A stretch of DNA of 64,000 nt from Bradyrhizobium sp. (lineage in GTDB: Bacteria > Pseudomonadota > Alphaproteobacteria > Rhizobiales > Xanthobacteraceae), in assembly GCF_035935975.1 (NCBI RefSeq), contig NZ_DASYWN010000058.1, positions 7,993 to 71,992 of the forward strand, given 5' to 3'. Shown one piece after another: positions 55,497 to 64,000 of the stretch (position 1 is the stretch's first letter; every line of letters starts with the position of its first letter). A model generated the notes under the pieces. The model worked only from the letters and a program-made list of their open reading frames with translations, did not search any database and had not been told where the DNA came from. Both the position numbers and the translations under genes were made by a program.

Positions 55497-56717
55497 ATGT
55501 CGGTACAGGGTAGCATTGTCATCGGTGGCGGCGCGTTTGCCGGCCTCGCACTGGCTCTGGCGTTGCGCCAGGGGCTGGGGCCCGAGATTCCCGTCATCGT
55601 CGCCGACCCCGCGCTGGGCACCCGGCCGAGCCGCGATCCCCGCGCGACCGCGATCGTGGCCGCCTGTCGCCGCCTGTTCGAGGTTGTCGGCGCCTGGGAC
55701 GACGTCAAAGGCGATGCCCAGCCTATCCTCGACATGGTCGTGACGGATTCGAAGCTGGAAGATGCCACCCGTCCGGTGTTCCTGAACTTCGCCGGCGACG
55801 TCGCGCCGGGCGAGCCGTTCGCGCACATGGTCGAGAACCGCCGGCTGATCGATGCGCTGGTCGTGCGCGCCGAGGCCGAGGGCGTCGATCTGCGCGCCAC
55901 CACCGTGGCGTCCTACGACGCGCGCGACGAGGGCATCGACGTGACGCTCGGCGACGGCAGCGTGATCGCAGCCAGTCTCCTGGTCGCCGCCGACGGCGCG
56001 CGGTCGAAGCTGCGCGAGCGTGCCGGTATCGCCACCCATGGCTGGGAGTACGACCAGTCCGGCATCGTCGTCACCGTCGGCCACGAGCGCGATCACGAGG
56101 GGCGGGCCGAAGAGCATTTCTTGCCGGCAGGTCCGTTCGCGATCCTGCCGCTCTCCGGCAAGCGATCGTCGCTGGTGTGGACCGAGCGCCGGGCTGAGGC
56201 CGCGCGCATCATTGCGCTTGGCGACGACGAGTTTCACGCCGAGCTCGAGCAGCGCTTTGGCCTGCATCTCGGCGAGGTGAAGGCGCTCGACAAGCCGCGC
56301 GCGTTTCCGCTGTCCTATTTCGTCGCGCGCTCCTTCATCGCCGAGCGCCTCGCGCTGGTCGGCGATGCCGCCCATGTCATCCATCCCATCGCGGGCCAGG
56401 GCCTCAACATGGGGCTGAAGGATGTTGCGGCGCTGGCCGAGGTCGTCGTCGATGCCGCGCGGCTCGGCATGGATCTCGGCGGCGGCGACGTGCTCGAGCG
56501 CTATCAGCGCTGGCGCCGCTTCGACACCATGGCGATGGGCGTTGCCACCAACTCGCTGAACTTCCTGTTCTCCAACCAGTCGACGCTGCTGCGCACCGTG
56601 CGCGACATCGGCCTCGGCCTCGTCGACCGCGCCCCGCCGCTGAAGAACCTCTTCATCCGCCAGGCCGCCGGCCTGACCGGCGAGGTGCCGCGGCTGTTGA
56701 AGGGCGAGGCGCTGTAG
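55497..56717 (+). CDS. UbiH/UbiF/VisC/COQ6-family FAD-dependent ubiquinone hydroxylase
   Basis: IVIGGGAFAGLALAL (GxGxxG), DGARS, GDAAHVIHPIAGQGLNMGL. Confidence 0.85.
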   Translation: MSVQGSIVIGGGAFAGLALALALRQGLGPEIPVIVADPALGTRPSRDPRATAIVAACRRLFEVVGAWDDVKGDAQPILDMVVTDSKLEDATRPVFLNFAGDVAPGEPFAHMVENRRLIDALVVRAEAEGVDLRATTVASYDARDEGIDVTLGDGSVIAASLLVAADGARSKLRERAGIATHGWEYDQSGIVVTVGHERDHEGRAEEHFLPAGPFAILPLSGKRSSLVWTERRAEAARIIALGDDEFHAELEQRFGLHLGEVKALDKPRAFPLSYFVARSFIAERLALVGDAAHVIHPIAGQGLNMGLKDVAALAEVVVDAARLGMDLGGGDVLERYQRWRRFDTMAMGVATNSLNFLFSNQSTLLRTVRDIGLGLVDRAPPLKNLFIRQAAGLTGEVPRLLKGEAL

Positions 56718-56737
56718 CGAGGATTCGCGCGGCCTTC

Positions 56738-56825
56738 GTAGCGCGGATGGAGCGCAGCGCAATCCGGGGCCGCTGTATCATGGGCGTGAGGTGTCCCGGA
56801 TTTCGCTTCGCTCCATCCGGGCTAC
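56738..56825. repeat. REP-like hairpin, family A copy 4
   Basis: gtagcgcggatggagcgcagcgcaatccgggg ... gtcccggatttcgcttcgctccatccgggctac. Confidence 0.75.
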
Positions 56826-56832
56826 AAGATCC

Positions 56833-57030
56833 TCAATCGATCTTTCTCGCCTCTTCCGGCAGCATGATCGGAATGCCGTCGCGGATCGGATAGGCGAGCT
56901 TGGCGCTACGCGAGATCAGCTCCTGCTTGGCGGCATCAAACTCCAGCGGACCCTTGGTCAGCGGGCAGACCAGAATCTCCAGCAATTTGGGATCGACACT
57001 GGCTTCGGGGCGTTCGGTGGGCGTGTTCAT
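56833..57030 (-). CDS. Trm112-family small zinc-less protein
   Basis: Start at ATG 57030. [14 protein letters not shown]...[16 protein letters not shown]. Confidence 0.8.
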   Translation of the reverse strand: MNTPTERPEASVDPKLLEILVCPLTKGPLEFDAAKQELISRSAKLAYPIRDGIPIMLPEEARKID

Positions 57031-57090
57031 TTCGGTCTCCGGCGGTCGGTTGCCTCTAACACAGAAATTCGCCACCGCCCATTGGTCGGC

Positions 57091-57621
57091 TCAAGTGGAA
57101 ACCATCCGCAGGATCTCGTCGAGCAGGCCCTGCAGCCGCGCCGCCGGTACCGGCGTGCCCGACAGGGCAAAGCCGAGAAACGTCCAGTACAGGATCTGCG
57201 CGCGGGCCTGCGCCATCGCAGGCGCGAGCCCGCGCTTGGCGAGCAAGGCCTCGATATAGTCGATCCTGCGGCGGTCGATGGCGCGGACCGCGCCTTGCGC
57301 GGCTGCATCGAATGCCGCCCAGTTCCGCACCGCGCGTTCGAGATCGAGCCGCGCGCCGAACGACCTGCGCAGCAACGCCTTCAACGCTTCGTCGCCGGCG
57401 GCCTCGACGTCGGCGATGATCTGCTCCGCGGCGATCTCGCGCCAGCGCTTCAGCACCGCCGCGTGGAATGCGCCGAGATCGGCAAAATGCCAATAGAAGC
57501 TGCCGCGCGAGACGCCCATGGTCTTCGCGAGCGGATCGGCCTTCAGGGCCGTGAAGCCGCTTGCTGCGAGCGCCTTCAGGCCTGCGTTGATCCAGTCGTC
57601 GGCGGAGAGCTGCTCGGTCAT
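57091..57621 (-). CDS. TetR/AcrR-family transcriptional regulator
   Basis: Start at ATG 57621. HTH LAKTMGVSRGSFYWHFADL. Confidence 0.85.
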   Translation of the reverse strand: MTEQLSADDWINAGLKALAASGFTALKADPLAKTMGVSRGSFYWHFADLGAFHAAVLKRWREIAAEQIIADVEAAGDEALKALLRRSFGARLDLERAVRNWAAFDAAAQGAVRAIDRRRIDYIEALLAKRGLAPAMAQARAQILYWTFLGFALSGTPVPAARLQGLLDEILRMVST

Positions 57622-57699
57622 GTCGGTCCCCAGGATCCGACCATACACTAGTGTATTGACAGGCCGTACGCGAGCGCATAATCAACCATACATATATGT

Positions 57700-58062
57700 A
57701 TGGAGACATCGATGCGTGATCTCTTGCTGCAGTGCGCCGGCGTCCTGACCATTATCGTGGCCCTGATCCACGGCTATCTCGGCGAAGCCAAGGTGTTCCC
57801 CCGCGCCAAAATCGAGCCGGAGCGGCTGCGCACCCTGATCCGCCTGGTCTGGCAGGCCTCGACCGTCGCCTGGATCGGCGGCGGCGTGCTCCTGATCGCG
57901 GCGCCCTGGATGGGCTCGGAGCCGGCGCGCCACTGGATCGTCGTCACCCTCGCATGCGTGTACGGCTTCTCCGCCCTCGCCAACGCATGGGCCACGCGCG
58001 GCCGGCACTTCGGCTGGATGATGCTCAGCGTGGTCGTCGTGCTGGCGGCGGCCGGCTACTAG
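57700..58062 (+). CDS. small 4-TM membrane protein, divergent from the TetR gene
   Basis: 120 aa with four hydrophobic helices. Family not recognised. Confidence 0.5.
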   Translation: METSMRDLLLQCAGVLTIIVALIHGYLGEAKVFPRAKIEPERLRTLIRLVWQASTVAWIGGGVLLIAAPWMGSEPARHWIVVTLACVYGFSALANAWATRGRHFGWMMLSVVVVLAAAGY

Positions 58063-58278
58063 GTGCGGCGCGTCCGGATGACGCGCGATCGAAGTTGTGA
58101 GGCGTAAGGCCGCAGCGGCCGTTCAAATCCATGCTGCGCACGGAGCGCGCTGATGTTTTTCGGATCGTTAGAATAACTCTAAACCCCGATAGCCCCGAAC
58201 CGGATTGACTTCATCATCCCCTTTGCTTCCTTCGGTCCCGCTTCGCGCCGCGCGCGCACGACAGAGGAGGAGACGTTC

Positions 58279-58557
58279 GTGAAGGTCATTCGTGTTGTTG
58301 CAATTGCACTGACGGTCGGCATGGGAATGAGCACCGCGGCCATGGCCGACGGGTTCAAGGATTGCACCAAGCTCGACAAGGCGTCGTGGAAACCGGCGAG
58401 CGAAGCCGAAGCCAAGGCCAAGGCGCTCGGCTACGAAGTCCGCCGCTCGAAGATCGAAGGTTCGTGCTATGAGGTCTACGGCGTCAAGGAAGGCAAGCTC
58501 TACGAGCTGTTCTACAGCCCCGAAGATCTCAGCCTGAAGCACACCATCGCCAAATGA
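58279..58557 (+). CDS. secreted PepSY-domain protein
   Basis: GTG start after gaggaggag. Signal peptide ...STAAMA. PepSY-like ALGYEVRRSKIEGSCYEVYG..GKLYELFY. Confidence 0.65.
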   Translation: MKVIRVVAIALTVGMGMSTAAMADGFKDCTKLDKASWKPASEAEAKAKALGYEVRRSKIEGSCYEVYGVKEGKLYELFYSPEDLSLKHTIAK

Positions 58558-58592
58558 TCTGCGCCAAGTAAGGCTTTTAGGATAGTCACGGC

Positions 58593-59192
58593 TTGATCGA
58601 CGAAGCGGTGCCAGACACGCGCGGGGCGTCCGACAGGACCCCCGCGGATCGAACCGCACCGCGGACCGTTGCAGTCTGGGATCTCCCGCTACGCCTGTGG
58701 CACTGGGCCCTCGCGGTCAGCATTCTGGCCGCGTGGTTCACTCCCACCGTCTATGACAGGGCTCATCGCATCGTCGGCTACACGGTGCTCGCTCTCCTCG
58801 CCTTTCGCCTGGCCTGGGGTGTTTGGGGCAGCCGCTATTCGCGCTTCCGCATGGTCGGCGTCAGGCTGCGTGTCGCGCCGCGCTATCTCTGGAATCTGCG
58901 CCGCGGCATCACCGGCCGCTATATCGGACTCAACCCTGCCGGCACCTTGATGCAGGTGGCGCTGCTGCTCGCAATCGCCGTCTCGGCGATCACGGGTGCG
59001 ATGTCGGTGACGGTGACCTTCTTCGGCATATGGTGGATCGAGGACACCCACGCGATCGCATCGGACGCGGTCATGGTGCTGGTCGTACTGCACATCGCGG
59101 GCGTGGTGCTGATGGGGCTTCTTCAGCGCGAGAACCTGATCGGCGCGATGTTCACCGGCCGCAAGCGCATCCGGCATCATCAGGGAAGTTAG
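58593..59192 (+). CDS. cytochrome b561/Ni-hydrogenase b-type cytochrome family membrane protein
   Basis: LRLWHWALAVSILAAW, HRIVGY and HIAGVV place His residues in 4 TM helices. TTG start uncertain. Confidence 0.65.
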   Translation: MIDEAVPDTRGASDRTPADRTAPRTVAVWDLPLRLWHWALAVSILAAWFTPTVYDRAHRIVGYTVLALLAFRLAWGVWGSRYSRFRMVGVRLRVAPRYLWNLRRGITGRYIGLNPAGTLMQVALLLAIAVSAITGAMSVTVTFFGIWWIEDTHAIASDAVMVLVVLHIAGVVLMGLLQRENLIGAMFTGRKRIRHHQGS

Positions 59193-59274
59193 GTAAGCGC
59201 AGTCGAGCTGCGGGCTTGGTCTAACCTCTCCCGCAAGCGGGAGAGCACCGTCATCGCGGAAGCCTAGTCGTCCC

Positions 59275-59952
59275 TCACTGCAACGGTGGATCGCCGCTGG
59301 TGCGCTTCTTGGCGAGGTCCATCTCGGTGACCGCGATCAGGATCTCGGCGCGGGTCTTCAGGTCGGGCGCCTCCAGCATGGCCTGCTTTTCCGCGGGACC
59401 ATAGGGCGACATCATCGCCAGCGCGTTGACCAGCGCCTCGTTAGGTGCGCTCTCGACGCCCTCCCAATCGACCTTGAGATTGTTGGCCTTCAGGAAGTCC
59501 GCGAGCACCGCCAGCAGCGCCTCGCGATCGACCTGCTCCTCGCCCATGCGCGCGGTGAAATCGTCGATGAAGGCGAAGAAATCCACCTTGCACTGCCGGT
59601 AGGCGGTGAGCACCGCGAGCTCCTCGACCACCTTGAAGCGCGAGACGCCGGTAAGCTCGAGAATATAGCGGCCGTCGCCGGATTCGGCGAGCTGGGTGAT
59701 GCGGCCGACGCAGCCGACGCGGAACAGCGCCGGCTTGTTGGAATTCTTCGGCGAGTGCGCCACGTCGGGCTGGATCATGCCGATCAGGCGATGGCCGTCG
59801 CGGAAGGAATCGTCGACCATCGAGAGATAGCGCGGCTCGAAGATGTTGAGCGGCATCTGCCCGCGCGGCAGCAGCAGCGCGCCCGGCAGCGGAAATACCG
59901 GAATGATCTCGGGGAGGTCGGCGGGCCCGCGATATTCGATGTTGATCGGCAT
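59275..59952 (-). CDS. LON substrate-binding (N-terminal) domain protein
   Basis: IPVFPLPGALLLPRGQMPLNIFEPRYLSM is typical of the LON N domain. No ATPase or protease domain. Confidence 0.75.
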   Translation of the reverse strand: MPINIEYRGPADLPEIIPVFPLPGALLLPRGQMPLNIFEPRYLSMVDDSFRDGHRLIGMIQPDVAHSPKNSNKPALFRVGCVGRITQLAESGDGRYILELTGVSRFKVVEELAVLTAYRQCKVDFFAFIDDFTARMGEEQVDREALLAVLADFLKANNLKVDWEGVESAPNEALVNALAMMSPYGPAEKQAMLEAPDLKTRAEILIAVTEMDLAKKRTSGDPPLQ

Positions 59953-59986
59953 CTGGTCCCCGCTGACCGCGCTAGCTCATCGCGCT

Positions 59987-60910
59987 TCAGGAAAACAGGA
60001 TCGTCGACAAGCGCTTGCGACCCTCGACGGTTGCATCATCCGTGCCACCCCAGGCCTCGAAGAACTGCACGAGCTGCTTGCGGGCGCCGTCGTCGTTCCA
60101 TTTGCGGTCGCGCTTGACGATCGCGAGCAGTTGCTCGGTGGCTGCGGCGCGGTCGCCTTGCGCGTTGAGCGCGGTCGCGAGGTCGAAACGTGCCTGATGA
60201 TCGAGCGGATTTGCGGCGACTTTCTGTTCCAGCTCGGCCACGGGACCGAGCGATTGCGCCTGCTCGGCGAGATCGATCGCGGTCTGCACGGCCTTCACGG
60301 CGGGGTCGTTGCGCTTGGATTCCGGCACCATGGCCAGCGTCTGCTTGGCCTGCTCCATCGCGCCGGAGACGGCGTAGCACTTCGCAAGGCCGGCAAGGGC
60401 TGCGATGTTGGTCGAATCGTACTGGAGCACTTCGGCATAGATCTGCGCGGCGGCTGAGGCGTCGCCCTCGGCCAGCACGGCTTCGGCCTCTTGCAGGATT
60501 TCAGCGATATTCGGCTCACCCGGCGCGGTGACGCCCTTCGTCAGCTTTTCAATGAAGGCGTTGACCTGGCTCTCCGGCACCGCGCCCATGAAACCGTCGG
60601 CCGGCTGGCCGTTGACGAAGGCGATCACGGCCGGGATCGACTGGATGCCCATCTGGCCCGGGATCGCCGGGTGCTGGTCGATGTTCATCTTGACCAGCTT
60701 GACCTTGCCCTTGGCCGCCTTGACGGCCTTCTCCAGCACGGGGGTGAGCTGCTTGCAGGGGCCGCACCACTCCGCCCAGAAGTCGATCAGCACCGGCTGG
60801 CGCTTCGATTCCTCGATGACGTCCTTCACGAAGGTCTGGGTGGTGGTGTCCTTGATCAGATCGGCCGCAGCCGGGCCCGCCGCTCCGTTACCCTGGTCGA
60901 TGATCGTCAC
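59987..60910 (-). CDS. thioredoxin-domain + TPR co-chaperone (YbbN/CnoX-like)
   Basis: VLIDFWAEWCGPCKQL thioredoxin motif followed by a TPR-like helical C-terminus. Confidence 0.85.
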   Translation of the reverse strand: MTIIDQGNGAAGPAAADLIKDTTTQTFVKDVIEESKRQPVLIDFWAEWCGPCKQLTPVLEKAVKAAKGKVKLVKMNIDQHPAIPGQMGIQSIPAVIAFVNGQPADGFMGAVPESQVNAFIEKLTKGVTAPGEPNIAEILQEAEAVLAEGDASAAAQIYAEVLQYDSTNIAALAGLAKCYAVSGAMEQAKQTLAMVPESKRNDPAVKAVQTAIDLAEQAQSLGPVAELEQKVAANPLDHQARFDLATALNAQGDRAAATEQLLAIVKRDRKWNDDGARKQLVQFFEAWGGTDDATVEGRKRLSTILFS

Positions 60911-61185
60911 GGGATTCCCTCGTCTGATGTCTGGAATGGCGGCTCTTTAGCACGTCGCCATCACATGTGCTTCGTTTCAGGCCCTAAAATTGGGCCGGGT
61001 CGGCCGAATTTCAATCCATCGGGGCCGATTCGCTGGTTCCGGGGCGTTTCCGGTCGATCTGGCCACTTTCGGTGCCCATATTGGGCCTCGAAACTCGAAT
61101 CTTAGCTGCCGGTAGCTGTTGCATTCGCCGCCCGCTTTTGGCATACGACAGCCGTTGCCGGCGCGTCACGCGACCGACACAGGAT

Positions 61186-61260
<75 letters not shown>

Positions 61261-61336
61261 ATTTTTCCCAGAGCATCCAGCCAAACCGGGTCGGGCCGTG
61301 GTTCTCCACGCCGCTGGCGGCTGGCTTGGGTGTCAC

Positions 61337-61590
61337 ATGACAATTCTGGTTACTGGCAGCGCGGGTCATCTCGGGGAGGCAGTTCTGCGGTCCCTCCAGG
61401 CGCCTGGCTCGCTAGTGTGCGGGATCGATCTGAAAGCGTCACTCTTCTCCGATGCCGTTGGCTTGATCGCCTATCCGGCATTCGTGCGGCGCCAAATGGA
61501 CGGCCCGAGGGCCCTGATCCGGACCGCGACGTGCATAATCGCCTCAAGCGCGATCAAAGCGCTGCCGACATGTGGCGCCGGAGCCGCTTG
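61337..61590 (+). pseudogene. decayed 5' fragment of an NAD-dependent epimerase/dehydratase (SDR) gene
   Basis: MTILVTGSAGHLGEAVLRSL...GIDLK...FVRRQMDG parallels residues 1 to about 65 of the intact gene at 62848. Similarity decays with indels and then stops. Confidence 0.7.
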
Positions 61591-61717
61591 TGACCAAAAG
61601 AAACTTAGTATTACAAGTTGCCAACTCGCTCCGGGATCAGTTGTAGTAGCTTTCGCTTGCTCGCAGCCGCAACAGAATTTGATAATATCTTACTCAACAC
61701 GCGTTCATGCGGACCCA

Positions 61718-62131
61718 ATGGAATTGTCCTTTCCGATCGAATTCATAGTTCATGGAACTGCTGTCTCACTTCAGGCAAAGCGGGCCGAATCCAGGAACGA
61801 GTGGAAAGCGCGCGTCAAGGCTGCAAGCACAGCTGTCATTCCTCAGCCGCATTTCGCCAGCCAAGAGCCGATCGGCGTTACCTTGTATTATTTGCCTGAT
61901 GAGCCAATGACTGGCGACATCGACAACATCGTAAAACCAATTCTCGACGCCCTTTCAGCTCACATTTACGTCGATGATCAACAGGTCGAGAGACTTGTTG
62001 TTCAGAAATTCGAACCGGGCATTCCGTTTAGGGTCGAGAATCCGACCGAAATGGTGGCAGTCGCCGTCAGTGGACCTCGCCCCGCGTTGTATGTGCGTCT
62101 CTCGAACAAGCCACGCGAGGAGTTGCGATGA
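61718..62131 (+). CDS. RusA-family endodeoxyribonuclease-like protein (137 aa)
   Basis: TGDIDNIVKPILDALSAHIYVDDQQV matches the RusA acidic motif (D-x-D-N...DAL...DD). Lower-GC codon usage. The ORF is open upstream into the epimerase relic, but ATG 61718 is the plausible start. Confidence 0.7.
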   Translation: MELSFPIEFIVHGTAVSLQAKRAESRNEWKARVKAASTAVIPQPHFASQEPIGVTLYYLPDEPMTGDIDNIVKPILDALSAHIYVDDQQVERLVVQKFEPGIPFRVENPTEMVAVAVSGPRPALYVRLSNKPREELR

Positions 62132-62769
62132 CCGACAAAGTTTCAGAGGCCGAGTTTCTGCAAGGCCTTATTCCGCAGCTCCGTTCGGAAGGCTATGAGG
62201 TATATCTGCATCCAACTGCTCCGGTTGTGCCACCGTTCCTTGCTGATTTGCGACCCGACGCAATTGCGATCGGAAAAGGCAAGAAGCTAGTTATCGAACT
62301 TGTTACATCGGAAAGTACCCAACAGAAGAAGACGCGGGCGCTTGCGAACCTGATCAAAGAACACCCCGATTGGGAACTACGAGTCCTTGTCGTAACGTCA
62401 GCGAGTCGCGGTAACGAACTTCAGGTGCAATCTCGCGAGCAGATTCAGAACTTTCTCGACGAAATCAAATTGCTGCAGGACTCAAACCATGTTTCAGCCG
62501 CCTTCATCCTTGGCTGGGCCACGTTTGAAGCTATCGCCCGACGGCTGATGACGGCAACATTTGAGAAGCCGCAGACGCCCGGTCGCATTGTGCAGCAGCT
62601 AGCTCAAGAGGGTTATGTCACGCCATCCGAAGGCGATTTCCTCCGCATTCTTGCGGCGAAGCGCAACGCGTTAATTCACGGGAATCTTCATGATTTGCCG
62701 CAAAAAGGAGAGGTTGAGTTCTTCCGCGAAATATCAGAGAGGCTCGCAGCGGAATCCGCAGCCGCCTAG
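62128..62769 (+). CDS. PD-(D/E)xK-like N-domain + HEPN-like (RNALIH, Rx4H) C-domain protein (213 aa)
   Basis: ATGA overlap with the RusA-like gene. N-terminal EGYEVYLH...RPDAIAIGKGKKLVIELVTS is a restriction-endonuclease-like strand pattern. C-terminal ILAAKRNALIHGN gives R179/H184. The domain calls are motif-level inference only. Confidence 0.6.
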   Translation: MTDKVSEAEFLQGLIPQLRSEGYEVYLHPTAPVVPPFLADLRPDAIAIGKGKKLVIELVTSESTQQKKTRALANLIKEHPDWELRVLVVTSASRGNELQVQSREQIQNFLDEIKLLQDSNHVSAAFILGWATFEAIARRLMTATFEKPQTPGRIVQQLAQEGYVTPSEGDFLRILAAKRNALIHGNLHDLPQKGEVEFFREISERLAAESAAA

Positions 62770-62847
62770 CGCGATGGCTGCGGATATTGGCATTACGATC
62801 GTGGCTAGGACTAGAAGGCTCTGTCCGGAACGTACGTTAGACATGTA

Positions 62848-63834
62848 ATGGCAATCCTGGTTATTGGCAGCGCGGGTCATCTCGGGGAAGCCATTCTCCG
62901 GACGCTCCGCGGGCGCGGTTCACCCGCGCGCGGGATCGACCTGAAGCCCTCGCCCTTCACCGATGCCGTCGGCTCGATCGTCGACCCCGACTTCGTGCGG
63001 CGCCAGATGGACGGCGTCAGCGCCGTGATCCACACCGCGACGCTGCACAAGCCGCATGTGGCGACACACGGCAAGCAGGACTTTGTCGACACCAACGTCA
63101 CCGGCACGCTCAACCTGCTCGAGGCGGCGGTGACCGCGGGCGTGCGCAGCTTCGTCTTCACCAGCACCACCAGCGCGTTCGGCTCGCAGCTTCGCCCCGA
63201 AGCCGGACAGGCCGCGGTGTGGGTGACCGAGGATCTGTCGCCGGTGCCGAAGAACATCTACGGCACCACCAAATTGATGGCGGAGACCCTGTGCGAGCTG
63301 TTCTTCCGCGAGCGTGGGCTGCCGGTCGTGGTCCTGAGGACCTCGCGGTTCTTTCCGGAGGACGATGACGATCCGGCGATGCGGTCGGCCTACCCGCTGG
63401 ACAACGCGCAGGCCAACGAGCTGCTTTATAGACGGCTGGATATAGCGGACGCCGTGAGCGCCCATCTGCTCGCCGCCGAGCGAGCGCCAAAGATCGGCTT
63501 TGGGCGTTACATCGTCTCCGCCACCAGCCCGTTCGAGCCGCGCCATCTCGCCGCGCTCCCGCGCGGCGCGGCCGGTGTCGTGCACGAACTCTATCCGGAT
63601 TGCGCCGAGCTCTATGCGGCGCACGGCTGGCGGCTCTTCCCGGAGATCGACCGCGTCTATGTCAACGAGCGCGCGCGGCGTGAGCTCGGTTGGCGGCCTG
63701 AATTCGACTTCGCCCATGTGCTGCGCAGCCTTCGCGACGGCCGCGATTTTCGCAGCGCGCTGGCGCGCGAGGTCGGGTCGAAAGGCTATCACGACGAGCT
63801 GTTTGACGATGGATCCTATCCCGTCGCCCCGTAA
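62848..63834 (+). CDS. NAD-dependent epimerase/dehydratase family (extended SDR) protein
   Basis: ILVIGSAGHLGEA Rossmann motif (GxxGxxG), YGTTK (YxxxK), 328 aa. Confidence 0.85.
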   Translation: MAILVIGSAGHLGEAILRTLRGRGSPARGIDLKPSPFTDAVGSIVDPDFVRRQMDGVSAVIHTATLHKPHVATHGKQDFVDTNVTGTLNLLEAAVTAGVRSFVFTSTTSAFGSQLRPEAGQAAVWVTEDLSPVPKNIYGTTKLMAETLCELFFRERGLPVVVLRTSRFFPEDDDDPAMRSAYPLDNAQANELLYRRLDIADAVSAHLLAAERAPKIGFGRYIVSATSPFEPRHLAALPRGAAGVVHELYPDCAELYAAHGWRLFPEIDRVYVNERARRELGWRPEFDFAHVLRSLRDGRDFRSALAREVGSKGYHDELFDDGSYPVAP

Positions 63835-64000
63835 TCGCCGCTTTTGCGAATTCGCACGATGCGTCAGATGTGTGGCCGGCGTCGCCGGGCGCAAACCGGC
63901 CCGCGCCGTTCTACTGTGCATGGGGTTGTTTTCGCACTTTTTGTTTGACGCAGGCTTTTGCCGTCCGCGCTTGAGCCGCATGCGCGTTTGATTCCGCGCT

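Noticed and set aside
55323-56762. 479-aa minus-strand ORF
   Set aside because: Antisense to the UbiH-family gene, which has a clear GxGxxG FAD motif on the plus strand.
61298-62131. 277-aa ORF as a single protein (epimerase N-terminus fused to RusA-like)
   Set aside because: The first third is a decayed duplicate of the epimerase 5' end and the middle is junk-like linker. The fusion is most simply an accidental open frame across an insertion junction, and I annotate the RusA-like gene from ATG 61718. An expressed fusion cannot be fully excluded.
61718-62769. Prophage remnant interpretation, because RusA is usually phage-borne
   Set aside because: No other phage-like genes (integrase, repressor, Q/NinG, lysis, structural) lie within at least 10 kb to the left or in the 1.2 kb of window remaining to the right. 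I keep this as a possible origin, but the present unit is just the two coupled genes.

Overview
High-GC alphaproteobacterial chromosome segment. The REP-type hairpin families and the gene order look Bradyrhizobium/Rhodopseudomonas-like, but that taxon call is inference. Nearly all of it is conserved housekeeping: a his operon plus coaA, hslV/hslU, smr-mltA-tim44, secB, dnaQ-coaE-maf-PDRP, hemJ, rho, mnmE-mnmG-rsmG-parA-parB, holA-lptE-leuS, two GGDEF cyclases, xthA, lolA-like/ftsK, two glnK-amtB operons, tesB, a ubiH-family gene, a thioredoxin/LON-domain pair and one tRNA-Gly. The gene order matches the origin-proximal region of other alphaproteobacteria. I find seven parS-type palindromes upstream of parAB. 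The PDRP/hemJ divergent spacer is a candidate oriC or cell-cycle control region, with a GANTC cluster, weak DnaA boxes and a CtrA-like site. The clearest accessory DNA is a roughly 1.25 kb lower-GC islet after tRNA-Gly. It lies between a decayed and an intact copy of the 5' end of an SDR epimerase gene. It carries a RusA-family nuclease gene translationally coupled to a gene for a PD-(D/E)xK-like + HEPN (Rx4H) protein, and this pair is my best candidate for an uncharacterised defence or addiction module. Other points worth a second look: an amtB 3' relic and direct repeat bracketing an arsR-SRPBCC-clpP block; a GYF-domain membrane gene cluster; GCAGC palindromes between rho and mnmE; and many REP-like hairpin families. 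I saw no CRISPR array, rRNA, transposase or integrase. CDS coordinates derive from the supplied ORF track, with starts re-chosen by residue counting. Coordinates of non-coding features were counted by eye and may be off by 1-2 nt. No database search, GC computation or structure prediction was possible.
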